A stretch of 64,000 nucleotides of DNA from Bacillota bacterium (GCA_023436245.1 JAEZJZ010000030.1:91-64090); one strand, 5' to 3'; shown: positions 38,767 through 48,647, numbered from the stretch's first letter. A program made the numbers and translations. Notes: a model not told the origin generated them from the sequence alone.

Positions 38767-39261
38767 TTAGCGCACGCGGCCTCTGCCGAAGCCAGCACCG
38801 TTACCGAGCCCGCCCTGACGACGCATTCCGCCGCCCATTCCGAGTCCCTGGCCCGCGCCGACTCCGGCGCCACAGCCGAAGCCTGCTCCATATTGCTGGC
38901 CGACCCCGGCTGAGCCGGTGCCGTTACAGGTGGCCTGGTTATCCTTGATCGCCTGATAGATCTCGTCGGCTTGTTCTTGAGTAAGCCGCCCGTCCTTAAC
39001 CCGCTGGTCCAAGATTTCCTTCTTCAGCTCGAGCATTTCCTGCTGGAACTCGGGGAGCACCTCGGCCTCAGCTGCGATCGTTCCATAAGTAACGCCAGTC
39101 GCGCGCAGCTCAACTACCTGCTCCACTGTTTGTCCGGTCAACCCGGCCACTATCTCGGCGGGAGTCGTGGCTGTCGCTGCGTAAGCAGCGGCCCCTACGC
39201 CCAGCACGCCCACAACCACCAAAGCACTGCCAACCAACTTCTTCAAATTCACTCTGTTCAC
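38767..39261 (-). CDS. secreted DUF2680/YckD-like protein with Gly-rich C-terminus
   Basis: Signal peptide; LTQEQADEIYQAIKDNQ helical repeat like B. subtilis YckD; downstream of the two-component system. Confidence 0.45.
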   Translation of the reverse strand: MNRVNLKKLVGSALVVVGVLGVGAAAYAATATTPAEIVAGLTGQTVEQVVELRATGVTYGTIAAEAEVLPEFQQEMLELKKEILDQRVKDGRLTQEQADEIYQAIKDNQATCNGTGSAGVGQQYGAGFGCGAGVGAGQGLGMGGGMRRQGGLGNGAGFGRGRVR

Positions 39262-39353
39262 CTTGCCTTTCGTTTTCTTGCGATTACTCGCTTACAATCT
39301 TGTTATACAGGTCAATTGTGATCAGACTGTGAGCGAATCTCCATGAAAAAACT

Positions 39354-40760
39354 TCAGCTGCTGGCGCGTTTCAGCTTAAACCAAACCGTGGTGCCGACGC
39401 CGACCTCGCTGTCCACGCCGTACTCGGCGCCGTGTGCGTCCAGAATGCCCTTCACGATCGCCAGACCGAGACCAGTGCCGCGGATGGTTCCAGCGCTGGC
39501 CGTTGTTCCCCGGTGAAACTTGTCCCAGATATGTGGCAAATCTGCGGCTGGAATACCGGCGCCGGTGTCTGCCACCGCGACCCGAACGCTGTCCGCGTTT
39601 TCCACCACCTCTATCACTACCTGTCCCTCGAGAGCGGTGTGCTGCAGACTGCTTTGCAGCAAGTTGCGCACAACCTGCTCCAGCTTCGCCTCGTCTGCCA
39701 CCACTCTCGCCTCGCCCTCACCGCGCAACAGCAGCTTCACGCCCTTCTGTTCGGCTATGAGCAGGTAGCGTTCCACCACGTCTTGCAGCAGGTCAGCCAG
39801 GCAGAAATCCCGCAGCTTCAGTTCAACGTTCCCAGACTGCAGCAACGCAAGGTGAAGATTGTCATTGACCAGGCTCGTCAACCGCTCGGTCTCTTCAATG
39901 ATGATCGCGAGCTGCGCTTCCCGTTGCTCGGGGTTGTTCCCGGTGATGTCCCGAATCGTCTCCGCATAGCCACGGATCACGCCGAGCGGCGTGCGCAGTT
40001 CGTGCGAGACATTGGCCACCAAGTCGCGTCGCAACTGCTCTATCTTCGCCAGTTCGGTGCCAAGGTGGTTGATTGACTCAGCCAGCCTGCCGATTTCATC
40101 CTGGCTTTGGTGATTCGTTCTGACCGAAAAGTCACCGTTGGCCAGGGCCGCTGACACCCGCCGGATTTCCAGGATCGGTTTGGCAAAGCCGCGTGCCAGC
40201 CAGAAGGAGCAGAGCGATGCCACCACGAGCAGCGTTGCGCTGACATAGACGAGTTGATGCTTCAGAATGTCAGCCGTTTCGGCGACTGCAGCCATCGGCA
40301 GGGTGGTCATCAAGGCCCCAACCACTGACCCAGCGGCAGTGCGCAGCGGCAGACCGAGCAGAGTATACTCCGTGCCAAACCTAGGATGGCTGACCGTCGC
40401 TTGCACCTCCTCGCCCGCCAATACCTGCCGGTATAGATCGGCTCTGATCATGTTGCGCATCATCGGCATCTGGCTGCCGGAGTCTCCCGTGCTTGAGTGA
40501 ATGGCGCTGCCATCGGCATTGAGCCACTCAATAGTCAGATTCTGCGTGGAGGCCAACCGGTCCATTTCATAGACTACGTCCTGATAATCACTCGACTGAG
40601 TCAGGCGAGCGAGCGAGGTCAGGTTTTTCTGCAGACCGTTGACGCGCATGCTGGCGTAGAATCGTTCCAGCCAGACGATCTGAAGTAGCCAGAGCAGAAG
40701 CAGCACTACCCCGACCAGGGTCATCATCCCCAGCCAGAGCTTCCCGCGTATACTTCTCAC
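39354..40760 (-). CDS. sensor histidine kinase (2 TM, HAMP, HisKA, HATPase_c)
   Basis: HELRTPL H-box, N/G1/G2 boxes (GTGLGLAIV); stop overlaps the RR gene by 4 nt. Confidence 0.8.
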   Translation of the reverse strand: MRSIRGKLWLGMMTLVGVVLLLLWLLQIVWLERFYASMRVNGLQKNLTSLARLTQSSDYQDVVYEMDRLASTQNLTIEWLNADGSAIHSSTGDSGSQMPMMRNMIRADLYRQVLAGEEVQATVSHPRFGTEYTLLGLPLRTAAGSVVGALMTTLPMAAVAETADILKHQLVYVSATLLVVASLCSFWLARGFAKPILEIRRVSAALANGDFSVRTNHQSQDEIGRLAESINHLGTELAKIEQLRRDLVANVSHELRTPLGVIRGYAETIRDITGNNPEQREAQLAIIIEETERLTSLVNDNLHLALLQSGNVELKLRDFCLADLLQDVVERYLLIAEQKGVKLLLRGEGEARVVADEAKLEQVVRNLLQSSLQHTALEGQVVIEVVENADSVRVAVADTGAGIPAADLPHIWDKFHRGTTASAGTIRGTGLGLAIVKGILDAHGAEYGVDSEVGVGTTVWFKLKRASS

Positions 40761-41443
40761 GGCTTGCTCACCGCCAGAAACTTGTAGCCAACACCCCAGA
40801 TGGTGACCAGCATCCGACGGTTCTCACCCAGCCGCTCGCGCAGCATTTTCACATGCGTATCGACTGTACGGCTGTCACCTTCAAACTCATAGCCCCAAAC
40901 TGAACTGAGCAACTGCTCGCGAGAGAAGACTTGATTCTGATGTTGCATGAAGAAGCTGAGCAAGTCGTACTCCCGGGGAGTGAGGGTGAGTGCCTCGCCG
41001 TCCAGCGTCACATTGCGGGAGTCAATCTCAAGTACCAAGCCTTCCACCTGAATGCGCTTCTGCTGTGCCTTGAACTGGTCGCTACGGCGAATGATCGCCT
41101 TCATGCGGGCCAGCAACTCCTTTGGGCTGAACGGCTTCACCAAGTAATCGTCAACGCCCAGTTCGAAGCCAAACAGGCGATCATATTCTTCGCCGCGAGC
41201 CGTGAGCATGATGATGGGTACAGTTGAAGTTCTGCGCATCTCCCGGCAGACGGTCCAGCCATCGACTTTCGGCATCATCACATCCAGGATGACCAGATCG
41301 AAGCGTTGCTCAGCAAACAGCCAAAGCGCTTCCGCCCCATCAGCTGCCTCCACTATCTCGTAACCTTCGTGGGCGATATACTCCCCCAGCATCTGCCGCA
41401 GCCTCTGTTCATCGTCAACCAGCAGGACCCTCATCTGGTTCAT
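40757..41443 (-). CDS. OmpR/PhoB-family response regulator
   Basis: MRVLLVDDE receiver domain with conserved Asp, winged-helix output (VWGYEF...RTVDTHV). Confidence 0.85.
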   Translation of the reverse strand: MNQMRVLLVDDEQRLRQMLGEYIAHEGYEIVEAADGAEALWLFAEQRFDLVILDVMMPKVDGWTVCREMRRTSTVPIIMLTARGEEYDRLFGFELGVDDYLVKPFSPKELLARMKAIIRRSDQFKAQQKRIQVEGLVLEIDSRNVTLDGEALTLTPREYDLLSFFMQHQNQVFSREQLLSSVWGYEFEGDSRTVDTHVKMLRERLGENRRMLVTIWGVGYKFLAVSKP

Positions 41444-41569
41444 GCGAGACCCCCCGTTCCCCCAGGTAGTTCTGAGACCATTCTATCAGAATGAGCGGAA
41501 GTAAAGCAGCGACGCCGCCCATGGCAAACCCGCCCACGGTCCACGCCGCAGGCGGGCTTTCAGCTCTAT

Positions 41570-42271
41570 CTAGACTGTACGGTCTACTCGACGATAGATC
41601 ACGTTCCAAAGCACGAACACAATCGCAGTCTCGGCCAGGGATCTGGCTGGCCAGACCCGATTGACCAGCACTTCGTAGAGCGATCCTCCGACCAAGAGCA
41701 GCGCCAGCGTCCAGTAGAGGGTGGTGACTGCCGACTTACCCATCACCACCTGGTAGCGCTCATCCATGCTGCGGCTGTGATCCCCGGTCTCAAAACCCTC
41801 CACCCACTCGCTGCTCGGCTTGCGCAACCAGTGCGCCAGAATGAAGCCGCCATAGAGCAACCACAGGATGCCCGTGAACGCCAGTTGATCGAAGCTGAAG
41901 GCCTGACCGCGTAGCAGCTTGAGCGTGATCGGCACGGCGGTACCGACGATGAAGACCAGCCCGCCCACGGTGATCAGCCAGCGGTTGATGCTCCAACTCA
42001 GGCGATAGCTGTCACCTGAGCGCTTGCGCAGCAGCCTCTCGTAGACGGCGGGAAAGACAAAGAGCATCAGGATGTACATCAGGCCGAGAGGCAGCATCTG
42101 CTCCCGCCAAAAGCCAGGCTCCTGTACGATGGCGCGCAGAGCCTCCCAGGTGCTCTCCCCGGCGCGCATCGCAGGCAGGGCGTTCATGGAAACGATGAAC
42201 ACAAACGTCAACATCATAGTCAGGATCATGATTGCCGGCCGCGGCTTCGCCTTGGCTTGTTTACTCATGTT
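41570..42271 (-). CDS. membrane protein (DUF2178-like), partner of the XRE regulator
   Basis: Start MSKQAKAKPRP overlaps the end of the XRE gene; 4-5 TM helices. Confidence 0.45.
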   Translation of the reverse strand, partial: NMSKQAKAKPRPAIMILTMMLTFVFIVSMNALPAMRAGESTWEALRAIVQEPGFWREQMLPLGLMYILMLFVFPAVYERLLRKRSGDSYRLSWSINRWLITVGGLVFIVGTAVPITLKLLRGQAFSFDQLAFTGILWLLYGGFILAHWLRKPSSEWVEGFETGDHSRSMDERYQVVMGKSAVTTLYWTLALLLVGGSLYEVLVNRVWPARSLAETAIVFVLWNVIYRRVDRTV

Positions 42272-42482
42272 TGCTCTCCTCCTCCAGCTCCTCTTGACAG
42301 AGAAAGACTCGCTCAATCGGCTGCGCAAAAATCTGTGCAATCTTGTAGGCCAGCATGATGGACGGATTATACCGGCCACTCTCGATGGAGATGATCGTCT
42401 GCCGCGAAACGCCCACCCGTTGAGCCAAATCCTCCTGCGTCAGCCCGTGCTGACCGCGTAAATCTCGCACCATATTTTTCAC
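42261..42482 (-). CDS. XRE-family helix-turn-helix transcriptional regulator (YozG-like)
   Basis: LRGQHGLTQEDLAQRVGVSRQTIISIESGRYNPS, 73 aa. Confidence 0.8.
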   Translation of the reverse strand: MKNMVRDLRGQHGLTQEDLAQRVGVSRQTIISIESGRYNPSIMLAYKIAQIFAQPIERVFLCQEELEEESKHE

Positions 42483-42513
42483 ACCTGCTTCCCCCTCAGA
42501 GTGTCGACGTAAA

Positions 42514-42575
42514 GTAAAGGTACCTTTACATCGAATATACTCCGTACGGGAGCCGATGTCAAGGTGCCTTTACAT
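42514..42575. promoter_or_regulatory. two related palindromic operator candidates upstream of the XRE gene
   Basis: GTAAAGGTACCTTTAC (perfect 16-bp palindrome, 42514-42529) and TGTCAAGGTGCCTTTACAT (42557-42575), sharing AAGGTRCCTTTACAT. Confidence 0.5.
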
Positions 42576-42747
42576 GAATATTGATTATTCACTTTGAATA
42601 ATGGGGGACAGACTTAGTCCTCTTTGGGTTGTTGCTCTGCCAAACGCAAGTGCAGGCCAAACGCCATCTCAGTTAGTGCAAGAATGCGTAGCATGCCTAA
42701 AGTGATCTAGGGGAACGACACGTGAGTCAGAAGTCCGTCCCCTTGAC

Positions 42748-43599
42748 TCAGTCAGCGAGCTGCAGGCGCCAGGCATCATGCTTGGACACAAACGTCCAGC
42801 CCATGCTCTCGTACAGCTGACGCGCGGCTGCGTTCCAACTGACGACATGCAGGGTGACGGGATCGATCCCTCTCGTCAGCATCAGATTGGTGCAGTAAGC
42901 CATGATGCGGCGGCCATAGCCCTTACGCCTCTCCCTGGTGTCTACAGTCACAGTGTCAATCTCTGTACCCTCCAGTTCAGCCATGCCGATCAGGCGATCG
43001 CCATCGAAGAAAAGAAGGTTATTGATCGGGTCCAATCCCAGCAGTTTCTGCCGCGTTGCCGGGTCATTCCTAACCTCGTTGGGATAGACGAGATTCGGCT
43101 GGATATCCATGGCCTGGCGCATGGGGAAGAAACCCTCATTGATCAAGCGAATCCAATCCTCGTAGTCGGCATCCTGATATCCGCGCACCACCAAGTCTGG
43201 ATCAGGAAGCGCGGGGCCGGAGTAATGCATCAACTCCAGGCCATACCACGGCTGGAAGCCGTGCCGCTTTAGCCAAGCCTGGCCAGCTTGGTCCGTGGCG
43301 GGGCAGAAGCAGGAGATCTGACGAACATCGCTTGGCCTGTTGGCCAAGAGTTCTGCCCAAAGCTGGCTGCCGACGCCCTGGCGCCTCTCGCTTGGGGCGA
43401 CCAACATCCCGCAAGAGTAGAACCCTGGGCGACGACCAGGGGTGAGGGTGCCAAGGGCAAGCAGATCATCTCCCCGCAGGGCGACTAGGCGCTGCCCTCG
43501 CTCCAGCAGCCGCACCTGCTCGTCTTCCGGCATCCCAGTGTGCTGCAGTAAGGAAAGAACGACCGACCGATCTGCTTCTGCGAATTCCCTAATCAACAA
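42748..43599 (-). CDS. tandem double-GNAT N-acetyltransferase (MshD-like architecture)
   Basis: Two GNAT acetyl-CoA motifs (RRQGVGSQL and RRKGYGRRIM) in 283 aa. Confidence 0.65.
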   Translation of the reverse strand: MLIREFAEADRSVVLSLLQHTGMPEDEQVRLLERGQRLVALRGDDLLALGTLTPGRRPGFYSCGMLVAPSERRQGVGSQLWAELLANRPSDVRQISCFCPATDQAGQAWLKRHGFQPWYGLELMHYSGPALPDPDLVVRGYQDADYEDWIRLINEGFFPMRQAMDIQPNLVYPNEVRNDPATRQKLLGLDPINNLLFFDGDRLIGMAELEGTEIDTVTVDTRERRKGYGRRIMAYCTNLMLTRGIDPVTLHVVSWNAAARQLYESMGWTFVSKHDAWRLQLAD

Positions 43600-44500
43600 T
43601 TTCCATCTTCCTCCTCGCTATTCAACTGAAGTGCGTATGTTGTGGAGCGGCGCCAGGGCACAAAGCCAGCGCGGTGGTAAATCGAGAGCGCACGCTCGTT
43701 CTCCACGTTCACGGCCAAATGGATGTTCCGATGACCTCGTGCTGCCAGCGTTCGTACGCCGAGAGCCAGCAGAGAACTCCCCAGGCCGCTACGCCGGTAT
43801 TCCGGCAGCACCCCCAGGTAAGAGATCTCCGCCTCCTGCCCATACTCAGCGCAGGTGCAGAAGCCGACTAGGGTGCGCTCAAGAAAGGCCAGCAACCAGA
43901 GTTCCGGGGGAAACTCACTCTGCGCTACCGCTTGGTCCAGTTCCCGCCGGCTGATCGGTCGCGCAAAGATGCTATTATGGGCAGCCAGCATCGGCTCGAT
44001 GTCGGCTTCTCCGCCGTAGGACCGAATCTCTATGCCGGGCACAAGCTGGGGTGCCGGGAGCAGTTCGGGCAGCCGGCCATACTGCAGTACATGGAAGTAG
44101 GTGATCGGTTGCATGTGCAGACTGGTTACCAACTGTTCCAGGCCTTGTACACTGTGCCGGACCGGTACGAAGAACGTAAATGGGCGACCCGCCCTGACCT
44201 GTTGGGCGCGCTGCATCGCCCTTTGCACCAGCGCCGTGCCCACTCCCTGCCGCCGAGAACCAGGATGATTCCGCAGCAACCAACCCTCGTCGATTCCGCA
44301 TCTCCCCACTCCAGGCGGGCGTAGCCAACCAGCTGATCTGACTGAAAGGCCAGTTGGATGTCCTCTGGGTCGGTGCTGGCGACGAGCAGCGAGAGTGATT
44401 CGCGGGAAGTCCCTAGGTTGGCCCGATCCACCTGATCGGCAGCATTGATCAGTTGACAGAGACTATCCAGGTACTGTGGCGCATATGGCCTGATCTGCAT
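43593..44500 (-). pseudogene. paralogous double-GNAT acetyltransferase interrupted by a frameshift
   Basis: Two overlapping ORFs (44126-44500 and 43593-44309) in different frames; joined they give ...GYARLEWGDA|GIDEGWLLRNHPGSRRQGVGTAL..., colinear with the neighbouring paralog; shift lies within about 44270-44300. Confidence 0.5.
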
Positions 44501-44664
44501 ACTCTACTCCCTCCCGTCCGCTACTGACCTGATTGTATCTCTGCGCAGCGGTCCACTCGAGGCAGAAAATGTGTGTAACTCATCTTCTCCCAACACGAAA
44601 AATGGCCCCCGGGTTCTCGGGAAGCCACAACAATATCCAAGACGTCGCGGATGGGAAACCTCTT

Positions 44665-45315
44665 CTAAGAAAGCGGCGGGAACAACTCCAGCAAGCCTCC
44701 TGGGTTCTCGACCAGATGATGCGGGTCGCACTCTTCCAGCGACTCGCGTGGGAAGCTGGACCAGAGCACCCCAATTGCGGTCACGCCAGCCGCCTTCGCC
44801 GCAAGCAGGTCGTAAGGGCTGTCACCAACCATAGCGGCTGCCTGGTTGTCCACGCCGAACAGCTCCAGCGCCTTCTGCACCGGAGCAGGATGGGGCTTAT
44901 GCTTATCCGTGTCCTCGGCGCAAACCAACAGTTCAAAGTACCGTTCCAGATTGAACAACTGCAGGCCCCGCAGCACAATCGGTCTGATCTTGGAGGTTAC
45001 TATACCCAGACGGTAACCGCGCTGCTCCAGCTCTGCCAAGAGAGCGTCAATGCCAGGGAAGCCCTGGGTGAGTTGATCATGCATGTCCGAGTTGAACTGC
45101 CGATAGGTGGCAATCAGCTGTTCCTCCTGCCCGGGAGCGAACAACGCGAACTGGTCGTGCAGCGGCTGGCCGAAGTAACGATAAATCTCTTCGTCGGTCA
45201 CCTGCAGCCCATGCGTGGCAAAGGTGTGGCGGAAGGATTGGATGATCAACTCGTTGGTGTTGATCAGGGTGCCGTCGAGATCGAAAAGTAGAGTGGTGAT
45301 CTTGCTATTGCTCAT
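44665..45315 (-). CDS. HAD-IA family hydrolase (PpaX/phosphoglycolate phosphatase-like)
   Basis: LLFDLDGTL motif I, GIVTSK motif II, K...GDSPYD motif III. Confidence 0.75.
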   Translation of the reverse strand: MSNSKITTLLFDLDGTLINTNELIIQSFRHTFATHGLQVTDEEIYRYFGQPLHDQFALFAPGQEEQLIATYRQFNSDMHDQLTQGFPGIDALLAELEQRGYRLGIVTSKIRPIVLRGLQLFNLERYFELLVCAEDTDKHKPHPAPVQKALELFGVDNQAAAMVGDSPYDLLAAKAAGVTAIGVLWSSFPRESLEECDPHHLVENPGGLLELFPPLS

Positions 45316-45479
45316 GCGCCAACTCCTCCTCTGGTATCCAGTTGCGGATGTCTTCCTGACGTTAGCATTTTTCGCAGTGAGTGGTCAAGGCTTGCGGCGC
45401 TAGGCATCGGCCCTGCCCATGTGATAGTCTAGTTTGGAAGCTGCAGCATCCTGCCGCAACGACGATCGGGAGTGAGAGA

Positions 45480-46163
45480 ATGAGCACCTCCTACTATAGC
45501 CACGTCCTCTGGGACTGGAACGGAACCTTGCTTGACGACCGCGATCTTGCTCTGAGCATAGTGAATGACATGCTCGGCAAACGCGACCTAGCGCCGATTA
45601 GCATGGCCACATACCTGACCTTGTTTGATCACCCGGTGATGGATTTCTATCGTGCCATTGGCCTAGGGCCTGAAGTGATGCCTGTGGCGCAAGTGGCAGC
45701 AGAGTTCCAGTCCGGTTACACTGCGGGGTACCGCAATTGCCAACTGCAGCCCGGCGCAGAACAGGTGTTGTGGGGGTTACGCAAGCTTGGGGTGAAGCAA
45801 TCAGTGCTCTCTGCCTCTCAGCGGCATACGTTGCGGCAGCTGGTGACTCACTTCGGCGCAGCTGCCCACTTTCAGTCACTGCTCGGTCTGGGCGACCACC
45901 TGGCCCATAGCAAGATTGAGCTCGCCGAGACTTGGCTGGCAAAACAGCCGTTCCTGCCGAAAAGGGTTCTCCTGATTGGGGACACGACACACGATTTCGA
46001 TACAGCGAAGGCTATCGGCTGCGATTGTCTGCTGGTGGCGAGAGGCCACCAGAGCCGAGGCAAACTGGCGGAGTGTGGGGTCCCGGTGATCGATGATCTA
46101 TGCCGATTAGCAGAGAGGTGCGATGCATCCATTTCGGAGTGCTTATTTGGCCTGTCAGACTGA
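45480..46163 (+). CDS. HAD family hydrolase
   Basis: LWDWNGTL (DxNGT motif I), GDTTHD motif; GGGAG RBS before ATG at 45480. Confidence 0.6.
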   Translation: MSTSYYSHVLWDWNGTLLDDRDLALSIVNDMLGKRDLAPISMATYLTLFDHPVMDFYRAIGLGPEVMPVAQVAAEFQSGYTAGYRNCQLQPGAEQVLWGLRKLGVKQSVLSASQRHTLRQLVTHFGAAAHFQSLLGLGDHLAHSKIELAETWLAKQPFLPKRVLLIGDTTHDFDTAKAIGCDCLLVARGHQSRGKLAECGVPVIDDLCRLAERCDASISECLFGLSD

Positions 46164-46339
46164 AGATGGCCTGCCCTCAAAAGAAGCTAACAGCCAACCG
46201 CCCGCCCGCTTGCGTCTGCTGGTCTCTGCGTCAAGGGCCTTTCGCGTTTCCGCCAGGTCGAATGGGCGATTTGACAGGGAAATCGGCATGGTGTATGCTA
46301 GTGAGCAACTAGCAAGCGAAAATGCCGATGACAGGGGAC

Positions 46340-46640
46340 AGTAGGTTGTTTCGTCTTATCCAGAGAGCTGCCGGGTGGTGCAAGGCAGTGCAGACGACAA
46401 CGCGAACCGGCCTTGGAGGCGCCGACCGAAACCATCTCTGGGAGTAGGCTCGGACGGAGGCCCGCCGTTAAAAGGGATAGATGTCGGCAGGATTGCCCGC
46501 ATCGATAATGGCTATGGCAATCGGAGTGTGTATGCGGAAGCTTAGGCTTTCGTCTCGGTAAGAGACGGAGGCCTTTTTATTTTGCCAGGCTAGTGTTGTT
46601 GCGGCGCCCTGCCAGCTTGCAGAAAAAGGAGGAGAAAGTG
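46340..46640 (+). promoter_or_regulatory. structured 5' leader of the EF-Ts gene (unclassified riboswitch/attenuator candidate)
   Basis: Starts with an S-box-like UCUUAUCCAGAGAG that can pair with downstream AUCUCUGG, several nested helices, then an intrinsic terminator 55 nt before the RBS. Confidence 0.4.
46545..46586 (+). terminator. intrinsic terminator inside the tsf leader
   Basis: GGCUUUCGUCUC-ggtaa-GAGACGGAGGCC (12-bp stem with 2 G.U) followed by UUUUUAUUUUG. Confidence 0.75.
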
Positions 46641-47231
46641 ATGAAGATCGAGGCAAAGCAGATTCAGGAGTTGCGCCTGGCCACGGGCGCGGGGGTGATG
46701 GACTGCAAGCGGGCGCTGGAAGGAACGGCCGGAGACATGGCCAAGGCTCTGGCCATCCTAAAGGAGAAGCAAGCACAGATCGCCAAGAAGAAGGAGCAGA
46801 ATGCCACCAAGGCCGGTTATGTCTATGCTTATGTGCACGGAGATGGTCGAGTGGGCGTGATGATTGAGGCCCGCTGCGAGACGGACTTTCTCTCGAAGAG
46901 CGCCGACTTTCGCACTCTGGTGCACGAGCTAGCCCTACACATCGCCTCGGAGGCGCCCTGCTATGTCAAGGTGAGCGATGTGCCGCCTGAGGTACTGGCC
47001 GCGGTGGAGGCGGAGGCCGAGGCAGCTGCATTGGCGCTTGACAGACCAGCTGCGGCGGTGCCGAAGATCAAGGCAGGCAAAGTGCGCAAGTTCCTGAGCA
47101 AGAGCTGCCTCATGGAGCAGCCGTTTGTGAAGAACCCTGACGTATCAGTCTCGAGCCTGGTACAATCGCTCTCAGCCAGAAGCGGTGAAAGTGTGCAAAT
47201 TGTGCAGTTCAGCCGCTACGAGGTCGAGTGA
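46641..47231 (+). CDS. tsf: translation elongation factor Ts, short form; out of the usual rpsB-tsf context so probably a second copy
   Basis: AAAAGGAGGAG RBS; MKIEAKQIQELRLATGAGVMDCKRAL N-terminal UBA-like domain, ...RCETDFLSKS..., ...KFL...QPFVKNPD...FSRYEV core matching EF-Ts. Confidence 0.7.
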   Translation: MKIEAKQIQELRLATGAGVMDCKRALEGTAGDMAKALAILKEKQAQIAKKKEQNATKAGYVYAYVHGDGRVGVMIEARCETDFLSKSADFRTLVHELALHIASEAPCYVKVSDVPPEVLAAVEAEAEAAALALDRPAAAVPKIKAGKVRKFLSKSCLMEQPFVKNPDVSVSSLVQSLSARSGESVQIVQFSRYEVE

Positions 47232-47239
47232 ACGATTAC

Positions 47240-47282
47240 CAATACAGCCCGGAGGGCACCGTGCGCGGCGCCCTCTGGGCTG
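47240..47282. terminator. bidirectional hairpin between convergent tsf and aminotransferase genes
   Basis: CAGCCCGGAGGGC...GCGCCCTCTGGGCTG imperfect stem. Confidence 0.35.
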
Positions 47283-47286
47283 TAAG

Positions 47287-48393
47287 CTAACTGATCGCGT
47301 TCAGGAACTGATCGATCTCCGCTTCGGTGTTGAAGAACGAGGGGCTAACCCGGCAGACACCACCCCGCAGGGTGATGATGATGTTCTGTGCCTGCAAGCG
47401 TTCATAAAGCTGACGATTCTCATCGGGTGAGCCAGCCGAAAAGAGCAGGATGCCCGATCTACTCTGAATGTCGTTGACCGGACTGATGATCGTCTGCCGT
47501 GCGGCCTGTAGTCCGCTGATTAGGCGGTCCGTCAGCTGCAGCACCCGTTGATAGATGTTGTCTACGCCTACCTCTTGCAGCAGTTCGAGCCCGGCCGTCC
47601 AGGCGTGGAACAGAGAATAGGCGATCGACCCCGTCTCGTAGCGGCGAGCATCAGGCCAGTAGCGCAACTCCCGCATGTTGTCCTCAGCCGCGAACATCCC
47701 GGGTAAAGCGGGCTTAATCAGCTGCTGTGCTTGTCGCCGCACGTAAAGGAAGCCTGTCCCGGGCAGACCGAGCAGCCACTTGAATCCAGCACAGGCCAGA
47801 ATATCGATGCCATCCTCATCAACGTTCATCGGCACCACTCCGCTAGCCTGAATGCCGTCTACCAGGAACAGCGCACCGACGTCATGGGCGATCCGGCTGA
47901 GCCGCTTCAAATCGGTGCGGAAGCCGGAGTTGAAGCGCACAGCTGCAGTGGCTATGAGCTTGGTACGGCTGTCCGTCATGGCAGCGACGCGCTCAGGAGA
48001 GATGCTGTTGTCTTCCTCCGTCGGGGCGAGGCGCACTTCCACTCCCCGCTCCGCGAGCGCCAACCAAGGAAAGGTGTTGTTCCAATGCTCCTCCACCGGC
48101 ACAACCACGTTATCTCCCGGTTGAAGTTCAAGCCCGGCAGCGACGATGCCGATGCCCACCCCGGTGCTGGTCACCAAGGCATACTCGTCCGGGTCTCCAC
48201 CCATCAGCGCTGCCAGTTGCCGGCGCACGGCGCTGCGCACTGACGGTTTCCGCTGTGGCGTCGCGCTGACCAGATCCAGGTACTGATCGAGCCGCTGCCT
48301 CACCCGGGTGTTCAGTGGTGACTCGGCGGCACTGTTCAGGAAGACTGCGTGCTTGGTCACGGGGAACAGATCTCTCACTGCCATCAAGTCCAT
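47287..48393 (-). CDS. class V aminotransferase-fold PLP enzyme (cysteine desulfurase/SufS-CsdA-like)
   Basis: About 370 aa; FLNSAAESP N-terminal motif; start chosen at MDLMAV (GGGAGGA plus 6 nt) rather than the upstream M at 48423. Confidence 0.65.
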   Translation of the reverse strand: MDLMAVRDLFPVTKHAVFLNSAAESPLNTRVRQRLDQYLDLVSATPQRKPSVRSAVRRQLAALMGGDPDEYALVTSTGVGIGIVAAGLELQPGDNVVVPVEEHWNNTFPWLALAERGVEVRLAPTEEDNSISPERVAAMTDSRTKLIATAAVRFNSGFRTDLKRLSRIAHDVGALFLVDGIQASGVVPMNVDEDGIDILACAGFKWLLGLPGTGFLYVRRQAQQLIKPALPGMFAAEDNMRELRYWPDARRYETGSIAYSLFHAWTAGLELLQEVGVDNIYQRVLQLTDRLISGLQAARQTIISPVNDIQSRSGILLFSAGSPDENRQLYERLQAQNIIITLRGGVCRVSPSFFNTEAEIDQFLNAIS

Positions 48394-48485
48394 GGTCATT
48401 CCTCCCATCCCAAATCGACTCATGTACTTGATTATATACCATGTTCATCCAGCGTTGTTCACAAAGTTGTGCTCACTGTTGGCAG

Positions 48486-48520
48486 CAAAGTGAAAGAGCT
48501 CCCAACTTTCTGGGAGCTCT
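48486..48520 (-). terminator. intrinsic terminator of the gltS-like operon
   Basis: AAGAGCTCCCA-actttc-TGGGAGCTCTT stem with a U-rich tail on the minus strand. Confidence 0.5.
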
Positions 48521-48647
48521 TCTTCAGCACAGGTCGTAGGTATGCGACCCCTACGAACGCGACCGGGGCAGCTATCGTAAGGGCACCATGCCGGCGGCGC
48601 TTGCGGAGGTGGTGGCCAGTAAGCGCTCTGCGACCAAGCCCCCTCTG

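Noticed and set aside
46320-46560. tsf leader as a T-box or SAM-I riboswitch
   Set aside because: Only the first 14 nt resemble S-box P1. The remaining S-box core (GAGGGA...GGCCC...AUGA..CCCGGCAACC) is absent and no T-box sequence abuts the terminator. It is left as an unclassified structured leader.
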